From: Macrostomum lignano
Lineage: Eukaryota
Direction: 5' to 3'
Length of the DNA: 27,265 bases
NCBI GenBank assembly: GCA_002269645.1
Contig: NIVC01004667.1
Span: 40,291 to 67,555, forward strand
A program made the translations under genes and the position numbers. Within the stretch, counting starts at the first letter, position 1. Every line of letters starts with the position of its first letter. Below the pieces are notes generated by a model. The model ran no database searches. It had not been told where the DNA came from and was given only the letters and a program-made list of their open reading frames with translations. Shown here piece after piece: positions 1 to 12,500 of the stretch.

Positions 1-336
1 AAACAGGTGTCTAAAATACTTAAACAGGTTGTCTAAAGTACGGAAACAGGTGCTAAAAGTAAGGCTAAACAGGTGGTCTAAAGTACGGAAACAGGTGTCT
101 AAAAGTACGGAAACAGGTGTCTAAAGTACGGAAACAGGTGTCTAAAGTACGGAAACAGGTGTCTAAAGTACGGAAACAGGGTCTAAAGTACTGGAACAGG
201 TGGATAAAGTACGGAAACAGGTGTCTAAAGTACGGAAACAGGGTCTAAAAGGACTGGAACAGGTGGATAAAGTACGGAAACAGGGGTCTAAAAGTACTGG
301 AACAGGTGGATAAAGTAAAAGTGAGCGGAAACAGGT
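1..336. repeat. About 21-bp minisatellite (AAACAGGTGTCTAAAGTACGG), many 1-nt indels
   Basis: About 15 visible tandem units, in the intron downstream of exon 11. Confidence 0.9.
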
Positions 337-356
337 GGCAGCACCAGCCTACTTAC

Positions 357-537
357 ACTGAATAACCTCCGGCACAAGGCGCACGCTGGGCTGTCCGTGG
401 TCCTCAGTGGCGATCACGCCGGCGCATCTGCGGAGAATCCGATGAAGAGGCCCTTGGCGCCAAGGCATTCCAGCGTTACAAAAGCCTTTGTCTTTGTATT
501 TCTCCACTTTGAAGTAGCAGTGGATGTCTCCAGCTCC
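357..537 (-). CDS. RP1: RP1-like exon 11: beta-trefoil-like segment (compensating +1/-1 indel pair near 482 and 426)
   Basis: cgccag|GGA, reading [19 protein letters not shown], then in a shifted frame [18 protein letters not shown], then back in frame [22 protein letters not shown]. Donor T|gtaagt. Confidence 0.75.
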
Positions 538-3500
538 CTGGCGATGAGGGAAAGTGGCGTCAACTCTCTGTAGTTACACTGTAGTTAGCAATTAGCAAAT
601 GATAACGAGGTGTGAAATTATCCGCGCCTTTGTACAATTTTGCTTTTGGAACCGGTTCACCGGTTCGGGAGCTTTCTGTTTACTGCCATCCCTCCTGCGA
701 TCTCTTTGATGTTCGCGGGAAAATCAGCTCGGAAATGTTTTTGTCGAGTTTAAGTTTTATTTCCGATGATAAGAAAACATGACGGGATTAAAATTAGATC
801 ATCGACAGATGGATTAGTACTCGTAAAGCAGAATTGTGTATGAGATGGAATATGTAGGTTGAGTTGACAAGTCAGTGCGTACGCAGATGAATACTTTTTA
901 CCTTATAGTAGATAAGTGTATTGCCAGGTAGACATTTAGGTAGGTTATTAGTAGGTAGAATATGCGGATATAAGCAGCTAGATGGACAGGTGGGTTCGTT
1001 AGTCAGTTGTTATATTTGCTGGGTGGCTAGGTAGGTAGGTAGGTAGATAGGTAACTATATGTAGGTGCATAGGTATGTAGGTAGGTTAGGTAAGTAGATG
1101 TAGGTGGTAGGTAGGTAGGTAGGTTAGGTAGGTAGGTAGGTAGGTAGGTAGGTAGGTAGGTAGGTAGTAGGTAGGTAGGTAGGTAGGTAGGTAGGTAGGT
1201 AGGTAGGTAGGTAGGTAGGTAGGTAGGTAGGTAGGTAGGTAGGTAGGTAAGTAGGTAGGTAACTATATGTAGGTGGCTAGGTAGGTAGGTAGGTAGGTGG
1301 GCAGATAGGTAGGTAGGTATGTAGGTAAGTAGGTAAGTAGTTAGGTATGCAGGTGGGCTAGTAGGCAGGTGGGCAGGTCCAAACTCACCATGCAGTCGCA
1401 CTTTCGGTCCTTGATACGCAGGAACTGCTCCGCGAACACCACTGATTCGAATTGACGCACGCCTGCTCGCCTTCGACTTTGTGCACCCGAAAATGCGCCA
1501 TCCGATTTCGCTTGCCCCCGTGCACGCCGTTGTCGTGATCGACGGCCAGCGTCTGCGTCAGCGACGTGCTGAACAGGATGACGCCGCGGTGCCGCAGCAT
1601 GCCCTTGCAGTAGGGCACGAACAGTTTGCCGGGACCGGTTGAGGCGCCTTTCCACTGGCGCGGGTCCAACGGCTCGCCGTCCGCCCCGATGTTGATCTGC
1701 TGCAGGCTGTGGCGCGCCGACTCCAGCACCACGGAGCGGTCCGGTTGGATGCGAATGCGAAACTCGCAGAGGGCGCCGCTTTGCCCTGAGTGCAAATTTG
1801 GGTGCGGGGCTGACTGGATTGATCCTCAGTTGCTGGGCACCAGCCTCCCAGATCCTCAGTTGCTGGGCCACCAGCCTCCCAGATCCTCAGTTGCTGGGCC
1901 ACCAGCCTCCCAGTTCCTCAGTTGCAAAAGCCAGCCTCCAAGATTCTCAGTTGCTTGGCCAGCCTCCCTGATCCTCAGTTGCTGGGCCACCAGCCTCCCA
2001 GATCCTCAGTTGCTGGGCCACCAGCCTCCCAGATCCTCAGTTGCTGGCCACCAGCCTTCCAGATCCTCAGTTGCTGGGCCACCAGCCTCCCAGTTCCTCA
2101 GTTGCTAAAGCCAGCCTCCAAGATTCTCAGTTGCTAAGCCAGCCTCCCTGATCCTCAGTTGCTGGGCCAGCCTCCCAGATCCTCAGTTGCTGGGCCAGCC
2201 TCCCAGATCCTCAGTTGCTGGATCAGCCTCCCAGATCCTCAGTTGCTGGGCCACCAGCCTCCCAGATCCTCAGTTGCTGGGCCAGCCTCTTAAATCCTCA
2301 GTTGCTGTCACAACCTGCACCTTCTAAAATCTATTTTTAGAAGGCAAAAACCTTGTTTTCTCAGCAGAGACTGCTCATCCTGCAAATCTATTGGATATCT
2401 GTGACACGTCCCTGACTTACTGATGAGCCGTAGTCTCCTGTTTTCTTTGCCTCGTGCAAACTATCAACTTTCTGCTTCAAAGGAAAAAGAGGCAAAACCC
2501 GAACTGCTTTCTGAACGAATGATAGGCTTTTCTGAAGCGCTGTCAGATAATTGCAGTTGCTACAGCGAGTGGCGCAGCTCCGCGTGCCTAATTTGCATCA
2601 ATTCGTCATCATTACCGACTGGTCACGACTCAGTCAGCAACCCTTTTTCCACCCTCTAGTTTAAAGACTATAAATCAGTGTAATTAAGCGGGCCTCGGGC
2701 CGAAATTGCAAGACAATCGAAGCTTGGTGACTCAATGCAATGCTTTTTTGAGGCAGATTGGCGCATGAATTATACAAGTGGCTGAAACACCTGCGACTAT
2801 TGTGCCTTGTTAAAAGACACGCTAACAATCTGCGGTTCTGTCAGACTAATTGGCAAATAAACAAGCAAATTGCACGGCATTTTTACTGAAAAATTCGATC
2901 ATCACAAGTGACGCTCATCGATTCGCTTAGTCCTCACCTGTCCCATAATAATGCCATTGTCGATAGCCAGGAAGCACTTTGGTGCAGCTGTACTCCTGAA
3001 CAGTCTGAGGTCACCTTTTCGAGCTTGAACAGTGAAGTAAGCTGGAAAATTTTTAAGAAATTTTTCTATTAGTCATGCAGATGTACGTTCTTGATAACAT
3101 TCCTCATGATCATTAGGTTTTCTGTCGAATCTACTCGTTAATTTCGATATAATTTATGCCTAGCACAGGTGCGCCCTGGGATAAGAAGCGCCCTGATGAT
3201 TGACACGTTATTTTACAATAATTGGCGAACGAATTTCTTCGAAATCATGCACGACATCAGCTCTTTCTGCCGCCTTATCTTAGCTTGATCACACATCCTT
3301 CCCCATTGCAGCCATAGACACAGCTCTTTCTTCCGCCTTATCTCGGCTAGGCCACACACCCATCCCCATTGCAGTCATAGACGCAGCTCTTTCTGCCGCT
3401 TTATCTTGGCTAGATAACACACCCCTCCCCATTGCAGCCATAGACACAGCTCTTTCTGCCGCCTTATCTCGGCTAGGTCACACACCCCTCCCCATTGCAG

Positions 3501-6500
3501 CCATAGACACAGCTCTTTCTGCCGCCTTATCTCGGCTAGGTCACACACCCCTCCCCATTGCAGCCATAGACACAGCTCTTTCTGCCGCCTTATCTCGGCT
3601 AGGTCACACACCCTTCCCTATTGCAGCCATAGACACAGCTCTTTCTGCCGCCTTATCTCGGCTAGGTCACACACCCCTCCCATTGCAGCCATAAACACAG
3701 CTCTTTCTTCCGCCTTATCTCAGCTAGGCCACACAGCCTTACGTTAAATTTCTTATTAAAATTTGTCGCCAAAAAGGGCCACTAAAACGCACACATCGGG
3801 TCTCGATCGTCGGCCTTAGCGTCAACACTCGTGTCTGCCGTGTTAATCCTTAACGGTTTCTCCGTCACCTTGCTATACAACTGGATAACATTGCCACCAG
3901 CAAAGGCCCAGCTCATGTAGTCCCATAGCTCGCGTTCAAGCAGGTCCTGCCATGAAAGTGTCGTGCAGTTTTAATTCGCGAGCGATTCGGCCGTCGTCTT
4001 CACCTTCGTCAAGCCAGCTGAAATATCAATAGAATAATAAAGATGCTCAGTGGTGACTGAGTAGTAGTGTGGGTACGATTTTGCTCACAGTGACATTATT
4101 TTGGGATTCGTAAACTTTGCAGTACCCATGAGAGCCTTGATTGAAAGTGCCTGACTGCGGTACTTTTTCGTTCGCGTGTGCGTGTGACTAACCAGCTAAC
4201 TGACTGTTCAACTTCGTTAAGTGATAGGAACTTTCTTCCTTCTAGCAATCAGAAAGGGTCTCCCGAAATCACGAAAAGTTGCATTTCCGATTCTAGACTT
4301 CCTTTTTTGTCGCTTTACTTCACAGGGTTTCCCGCAAAGAAGTGCTCTTACCGGTTGCACAAGAACGCGTGTCCCTCGCTGGGCGCTGACAGTTCGTAGA
4401 CAATCACCTTGTCCAGAAACCAGCCGTGACCGGGCCCGCTGCCATCGTGCCCAATCAGCAGTTTGCGCAACGGCCCGAGACTCACGGACTCCAGCTCGAA
4501 TACGTCGATCTGCGAGTGTTTTTTTAGATGCAAATGACATATCCTTTAGTACTGGACGGAGCGAACGAGAGTTCGAAAATTTGAACTTGACTGGGAAATG
4601 AGACGAATACAGTGAGAAAGGAAATAAAACACAGTGACGGAAATGAGAAATGAAGAAATGAGAAATGGAAATGAAGCACCAGTGATGAAAATGAGGAACA
4701 TACATGTAGGGAGGGAAATGAAGCACCAGTGATGGAAATGAGGAATATAGGGAAGAAAATGAAGAACAAAGTGATGGAAATAAGGAATATAGGCAGGGAA
4801 ATGAATGTAGGGAGGGAAACGAAGCACCAGTGATGGAAATGAGGAACATAGGGGGGGGGAAACGAAGCACCAGTGATGGAAATGAGGAACATAGGGGGGG
4901 GGGAAATGAAGCACCAGTGATGGAAATGAGGAATATAGGAAGGGAAATGAGAAATAGGGCCAGAAACGAGGACTATGGGGAGGAAACGAAGCATGGTGAT
5001 GGAAATGAGGAATATTGGGAGCTGATGAAAACTAAGCATGGGAAATTATGAGAGGATGAAAGGGAATGGAGAATGAATAAGAAAGTGAAAAACTAAAACC
5101 GCTAGCAGATCAAAAGCAAGGTGCAGACAAGAAGATGCATTCAGAACGTGAGCAACCTTACCTGACCCTTCTGAAATGGCGTCTCTCCGGTCTCATTGAC
5201 ATCTCCATCAGTGGTCCGTAAGCCGTTGCTCACAGGCCTAGTCAGCATCCGCTTGCCAGTGTCCCCGTGCTGGCCAAACAGCTGCACGTAAACTGCAGCC
5301 TCAGTTCCGGCATTGTAGCAGTCGCCAGTGTGAACCTCGACGCGGTACCGCTCCACTGAAGAGATGAAGCTACGCGTACTATAGAAGAGGCTGGATACCC
5401 CAGCTCCCCCATACGGCAAGGACTTTTTGCAGATATGTAATGACAGAGAATACGAGGTTCTCTGAGCTCTGAACTCTCGGCATTAGGGAATACAATCTCG
5501 GAATCCCGGATCGCACTCGCAAATCCTGATCCCGCTTTGCAATAATTCAATCATTCATTCTCGAATAGTAGTATCTGCAACTGAGCTACTTGTCAGGTGA
5601 AATCATAACCCAGCTGTCCTGCTTTGATTTATTAATCTTTTAAGCATGGAAGCTAGTGAGTAGAAGGCTATAGGGCTGCAGGGATACGAAACAGAAGCTG
5701 TTAGCAGATCGTAAATAGATTTAAGGTGTAATAATGTAGAACTACTGAAGCAGTCCCTACCTTCAAAAGTCCTTGGCCGTAGTTGGGATTAGAAAATTGG
5801 GATCTTGTTATCGGACCACAGCCCAAGCTACCCATTCTCCATCTAGGGCGGGTGATGTCTGATCCCCTTCTAACTGGTATCAGTACCTCGGAACATAGCC
5901 CTGTAAGCTGTCATTCCCCAGGTTACATCACAATCAAGTGTGATTTTCCAATTTTGATGGATTTTTGATACTGGCATGTAAAACAGCACGCCCATTACGT
6001 CAGGCGGTACATCACACTCCAATTCAAAGCTCACTGTCAGTTTCATGTTTGCAAAATATTTTATTCTGTTCTACGTATTATCATTAAAAGCCATTTTTGA
6101 GACGCGCTAATAGAGCTCATCAAGGCGCTGGTCAGACACAAAGAAAACACGATTGCATTACACACTTCGCTTCGCTTCTTATATGTCTTTGTAGTAGTTT
6201 CAATGATACAAAGGTAGCGAAACATCTTAGGTGAAAAAGTACAAGTGCAAAGATACTTGAAGAGATAGTTAGGAGCTGTAAAGATAAATGAGCTACATCA
6301 ATCAAGGTCACGTGGTCACACGAGGGGCAGGACATTTCTCGGGCAGAGAAGAACGACTGATGAGCACATGGGACTGCTGTGCCTCATTAACTCTAGGAGC
6401 CACCAATCAAGACACTTTCGCTTCGTGCAGGAGCAGCCTTTCAAAATGAGAGCTCGAAGCTCACGTATTCAACTTGGAAAGAAATTTTGAGACTAATTTT

Positions 6501-9500
6501 TTTTCTTTCAACTTCATTTTCCAGTCCTCTTGCTAATTGACTTGATTCTGAAATCCTGCTTTGATTCGGCTGATTGGATGCTAGGAGCAAATTATTTTCG
6601 ATGACTAATTGAGAAACTCAGAGATATGGGCGAGAGCATAACCTGGCAACCAGATGAATACGTGCAGTACACACGGGCTTTAAAATGGGTGCCAGCATTA
6701 GCTGGGGTAATTGAGGGTGCGTGTGGCGACCCCCCAGTCCTTGGACTGAACAGCCGTACGCAGCCTTCAGATGCGCCGCGCAATAGCTGCGGCTGAGCTG
6801 TCGGTTGCACATCTGCCCTTAGGACAGGTGCAATCAATTTTTATTATTGAGGATGGTGACAATGAGAAGCCTAAAGCTATGCTAAAAGGCAAACTCTAAC
6901 TGTAATTCTCAATATAAAAAAAACACCAGCTTACGAGGCAGGGCAGCCTTTCCATCTCTGACGGCGGGCAGCTCTCTCGCGATTTCACCGTCGTCTCGAT
7001 CGGTGGCCAGCCAACGGTTGAAATCAAAAACCAGCGTTTCATCCGGGCTGGCGCCAACTGAGGTCATGACGAGTTGGCCCACGTGCCAGCCTGGCGATGC
7101 GCCGCTGTTGTCGTGCGACAGACGCACTTTGGTCACCTGGCCTATCGACCCGGTGTTGATCTTGACGAATTGTGGTGGGTAAGTGTGCGAAATTTATTAG
7201 GTTAGGTAGTAGCTGTGATTTGCAATGATTGACAATGATTAGCAATGATTTCCAATGATTAGCATTGATTAGCAAGGACTGACAATGATTAGAAATGATT
7301 AGCAATGATTTGCAATGATTAGCATTGATTAGCAAGGACTGACAATGATTAGAAATGATTAGCAATGATTGGCAATGATTAGCTATGACTGGAAATGATT
7401 TGCAATGACTGTCGATGATTAGCAATGATTAGCAATGATTAGCAATGATTAGCAGTGATTAGCAATGATTAGCAATGATTAGCAAGGACTGACAATGATT
7501 AGAAATGATTAGCAATGATTGGCAATGATTAGCATTGATTAGCAAGGACTGACAATGATTAGAAATGATTAGCAATGATTGGCAATGATTAGCAATGATT
7601 AGCAAGGACTGACAATGATTAGAAATGATTAGCAATGATTGGCAATGATTAGCTATGACTGGAAATGATTTGCAATGACTGTCGATGATTAGCAATGATT
7701 AGCAATGATTAGCAATGATTAGCAACGATTAGCAATGATTAGCAATGATTAGCAATGATTAGCAACGATTAGCAATGATTAGCAATGATTAGCAATGATT
7801 AGCAATGATTAGCAATGATTAGCAATGATTAGCAATGATTAGCAACGATTAGCAACGATTAGCAATGATTAGCAATGATTAGCAATGATTAGCAATGATT
7901 GGCAATGACTAGCAATGATTAGAAATGATCATTAGAAATGATCAGCAAACAAACCAGAAACAGTGACACTATATGTGGTCAAATTATTAACTACAATTAT
8001 GTAAGAAATTCTCGTCATGCTCACCTCGAATTCGTCCTCCTGTCCGGCTTGAAACGGATTCACCGGCCCGTCCGGCTTCAACGGCATGGCGAGCGGAATC
8101 GGGTCCGACTGGCCCTCGCGGCCATAGACGGTGAGGAAGACGCGGCTGCTGGTGCCGTTGGCGGCGTCTCCCGAAGGAGTAGAAATTTTTATGCGCCAAA
8201 TTCCTTCTGAAATAAACATAAATCGGAGTTTTACCTAATGTGGTCTGAATGCACCTGTGACCAGGTGACAATAGTAACGTATTAGGTACTTTATCACAGC
8301 TTGTAGAACTTTCTTATATTTCTACTGTAAGTAGTCTAGTCGATAAAAGCCAGTTATTAAATATTTTATAATTGTCACTTTCTGATAATTCTACTGTTGG
8401 TAAAGTAGGATGTCAAGGCTTACGGATCAAGGCTGAGAGATCAAAACTACATGTCGTTTATTCTAAATTTTTTATTACATTTTTTTGTCCCTCCAACGGG
8501 GGGCGCTGGTTGCTAGTCCTATATACTAAAATACGAGTAATAAACTAAATAGATAAGTGTTAGCTTGGTTTTCCATATAGATCTACGCAATGAATATTTT
8601 ATATTTTAACAATTTCCATATAAAGGCCAGCAATAAAAAGCATAAGCCTACTCGGTTTTGCCGGAGCATTGGTCAACCGCTGCTCTTTGGCACGCCGGCC
8701 GATCGGTGGCAATTTCCGGCGACCGAGTTCGCCGCCTCCAGCTGCCACCTGATGCTGCTGGTGCACCGGGCCAGCCCAGGCGAACAATGGCTTGAACTTT
8801 TCTTGGCCAGCAACAACGTAGCTCTCGGGTCCGTTGTACATAGCTGAGAGAGACTCCACCTTTGTTTTGTTATATTGGGTGGAAAATTTCTTGTGTATTA
8901 AATGCTTCAAGATTGTGTACATTAGAAAGTGCTGAAGAAAGCATTGAGTGTTGGGAAACCCAGTTTGTATTTGTCGCGAATTGTTTAGTCATTTCTTCAG
9001 TTCATCTGCACTTGTCTCTGTTTACTCTGCTTTCTCTCCCTCTCTGTCTAGTTCAATTTTGTTATTCTTCTCTCTCTCCCACGCTGCCTTCTGATTGGCT
9101 CCTCAATCTCGCCTGTTTCCTTAGTCGCGCACTCGACCCCTCCTTTTATTATCAGGACTCAACCTCCCTAAGTTAATGTTTAATACGCTCGTAAGCCCTG
9201 CGCCTCACTTACTTCTTAGTGTTCAATTTAACTCTTAAGTCTTAATTAAAATAGTTTATTTATGGTCGTAATATTTTCATTACAGTTTTCATTGTGTAAG
9301 TAAGTCAAGTAAGGCCCTGCCCCTAACTTTATTTATCGTTAGGCATGTACACCTCAATGGTCATTGATTGCACGAGCAGTGCCAAGCCAAGATTACAATT
9401 TAGCCCCGAATTAATGTGACTGCACTTGGAATCGAGCCTGGGCCGCTGGCACATCAGACAATTGGCTACGGCCCCCTTAGTAACAGCCATTTCACCAAGG

Positions 9501-12500
9501 ATACTGAGATACTGAGTAAAGTCCAGACTGTTCTGCTACCGAGGTATATTGAGAATCACTTTAGATCTTCAGTTCGGAGGTGTGCAGTTCTGACTTCTCA
9601 AATTAACTTTCACATGTCAAATAAGTTTCATTGCAACACGCAGTCGCCACAATTCACATTTTTAATATCTTTCGTGCACTCTCACAGCCCAGCAGGACTT
9701 TGAAACTGGTCGCTAGATTTTTTGTACTCTTAACCCCGGTTAAATTGGCTTTCTCAATTCTTTGCGTTTTTCGCCGCTCATGGGCGTAACCATGGCAACA
9801 GCAAGGGCGACGCTTCTCTACGAATTATGTTATTTCTCTTCAGGCCTTGTGCTCGAATCAATTATTAAAGCTTTGAGCGCCCGGTGCATGCTGTTATCAG
9901 CTTTTGCAGCAAAATTAACCGAATTTTTGTCTCTGAACTGCCGCACATTGGCTACCGAGAGCTGCGGGGGGACTGATAAAGTCGATAAGGATAAATTAAC
10001 TGAGCATATCCAATGCCTTGAGACAAATATTCTCAGCAAGTACGAACTCAGCAAAATGCATGTTTGATGTTGACCTATGTTTCCAAGTTATCGATGTCTG
10101 AATCAATTACAAGTCTGACAAGTACAGAGAAGGCGGTATCATGTTTGGAGTGTGCCCAAAATCCAAATAACTGGTTTGATTGCGTCTGGCGCTCTGACCT
10201 TCTTGCCTGACACTCCACTGCCTCCCCTGACACTTCACTGCCTCCTCTGACACTCCACTGCCTACCCTGACACTCCACTTCCTCCTCTGACACTCCACTG
10301 CCTCCTCTGACACTCCACTGCCTCTCCTGACACTCCACTGCTTCCCCTGACACTCCACTGCCTCCTCTGACACTCCACTGCTTCCCCTGACACTCCACTA
10401 CCTCCCCTGACACTCCACTGCCTCTCCTGACACTCCACTGCCTCCTCTGACACTCCACTGCCTACCCTGACACTCCACTGCCTCCTCTGACACTCCACTG
10501 CCTCCCCTGACACTCCACTGCCTCCTCTGACACTCCACTGCCTCCTCTGACACTCCACTGCCTCCTCTGACACTCCACTGCCTCTCCTGACACTCCACTG
10601 CTTCCCCTGACACTCCACTGCCTCCTCTGATACTCCACTGCCTCCTCTGACACTCCACTGCCTCTCCTGACACTCCACTGCTTCCCCTGACACTCCACTG
10701 CCTCCTCTGATACTCCACCGCCTCCTCTGACACTCCACCGCCTTCCCTGACACTCCACCGCCTTCCCTGACACTCCACCGCCTTCCCTGACACTTCACTG
10801 CCTCCCCTGACACTCCACTGCCTACCCTGAAACTCCACTGCCTCCTCTGACACTCCACTGCCTACCCTGACACTCCACTGCCTCCTCTGACACTTCACTG
10901 CCTACCCTGACACTCCACTGCCTCCTCTGACACTCCACTGCCTCCTCTGACACTCCACTGCCTCTCCTGACACTCCACTGCTTCCCCTGACACTCCACTG
11001 CCTCCTCTGATACTCCACTGCCTCCTCTGACACTCCACTGCCTCTCCTGACACTCCACTGCTTCCCCTGACACTCCACTGCCTCCTCTGATACTCCACCG
11101 CCTCCTCTGACACTCCACCGCCTTCCCTGACACTCTACCGCCTTCCCTGACACTTCACTGCCTCCCCTGACACTCCACTGCCTACCCTGACACTCCACTG
11201 CCTCCTCTGACACTCCACTGCCTACCCTGACACTCCACTGCCTCCTCTGACACTCCACTGCCTCCTCTGACACTCCACTGCCTCTCCTGACACTCCACTG
11301 CTTCCCCTGACACTCCACTGCCTCCTCTGATACTCCACCGCCTCCTCTGACACTCCACTGCCTCTCCTGACACTCCACTGCTTCCCCTGACACTCCACTG
11401 CCTCCTCTGATACTCCACCGCCTCCTCTGACACTCCACTGCCTCTCCTGACACTCCACTGCTTCCCCTGACACTCCACTGCTTCCCCTGACACTCCACTG
11501 CTTCCCCTGACACTCCACTGCCTCCTCTGATACTCCACCGCCTCCTCTGACACTCCACTGCCTCTCCTGACACTCCACTGCTTCCCCTGACACTCCACTG
11601 CCTCCTCTGACACTCCACTGCTTCCCCTGACACTCCACTACCTCCCCTGACACTCCACTGCCTCTCCTGACACTCCACTGCTTCCCCTGACACTCCACTG
11701 CCTCCCCTGACACTCCACTGCATCCCCTGACACTCCACTGCCTCCCCTGACACTCCACTGCCTCCCCTGACACTTCACTACCTCCCCTGACACTTCACTG
11801 CCTCCCTTGACACTCCACTGCCTCCCTTGACACTCCACTGCATCCCCTGACACTCCACTGCCTCCCTTGACACTCCACCGCCTCCCCTGACACTCCACGG
11901 CCTCACCTGACACTCCACCGCCTCCCCTGACACTCCACTGCATCCCCTGACACTCCACTACCTCCCCTAACACTTTACTGCCTCCCTTGACACTCCACTG
12001 CCTCCCTTGACACTCCACCGCCTCCCCTGACACTCCACCGCCTTCTCTGACACTCCACTGCCTCCGCTGACACTCCACTACCTCCCCTGACACTCCACCG
12101 CCTCTCCTGACACTCCACTACCTTCCCTGACACTCCACTGCCTCCTCTGACACTCCACTGCCTCCTCTGATACTCCACTGCCTCCTCTGACACTCCACTG
12201 CCTCCCCTGACACTCCACCGCCTCCCCTGACACTCCACTGCCTCCCCTGACACTTCACTACCTCCCCTGACACTTCACTGCCTCCCTTGACACTCCACTG
12301 CCTCCCTTGACACTCCACTGCATCCCCTGACACTCCACTACCTTCCCTGACACTCCACTGCCTCCCTTGACACTCCACCGCCTCCCCTGACACTCCACGG
12401 CCTCACCTGACACTCCACCGCCTCCCCTGACACTCCACTGCATCCCCTGACACTCCACTACCTCCCCTAACACTTTACTGCCTCCCTTGACACTCCACTG

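Noticed and set aside
649-666. Palindrome GAACCGGTTC followed by ACCGGTT (Grainyhead-like)
   Set aside because: Short isolated motif in a region with evident sequence noise; no supporting context.
3258-3735. 63-bp periodic array resembling a CRISPR repeat-spacer period
   Set aside because: The whole unit is repeated with no unique spacers, there are no cas genes, and the context is a eukaryotic intron.
6592-6837. GC-richer ORFs in RP1-like intron 5
   Set aside because: Exons 5 and 6 join in phase directly from PLAT1 to PLAT2. The segment looks more like a repeat remnant, but I could not assign a family.
8493-8508. CCAACGGGGGGCGCTG, similar to the CTCF core motif
   Set aside because: It mismatches the strongly conserved A of the core, is a single site, and CTCF is reported missing from flatworms if that is the host.
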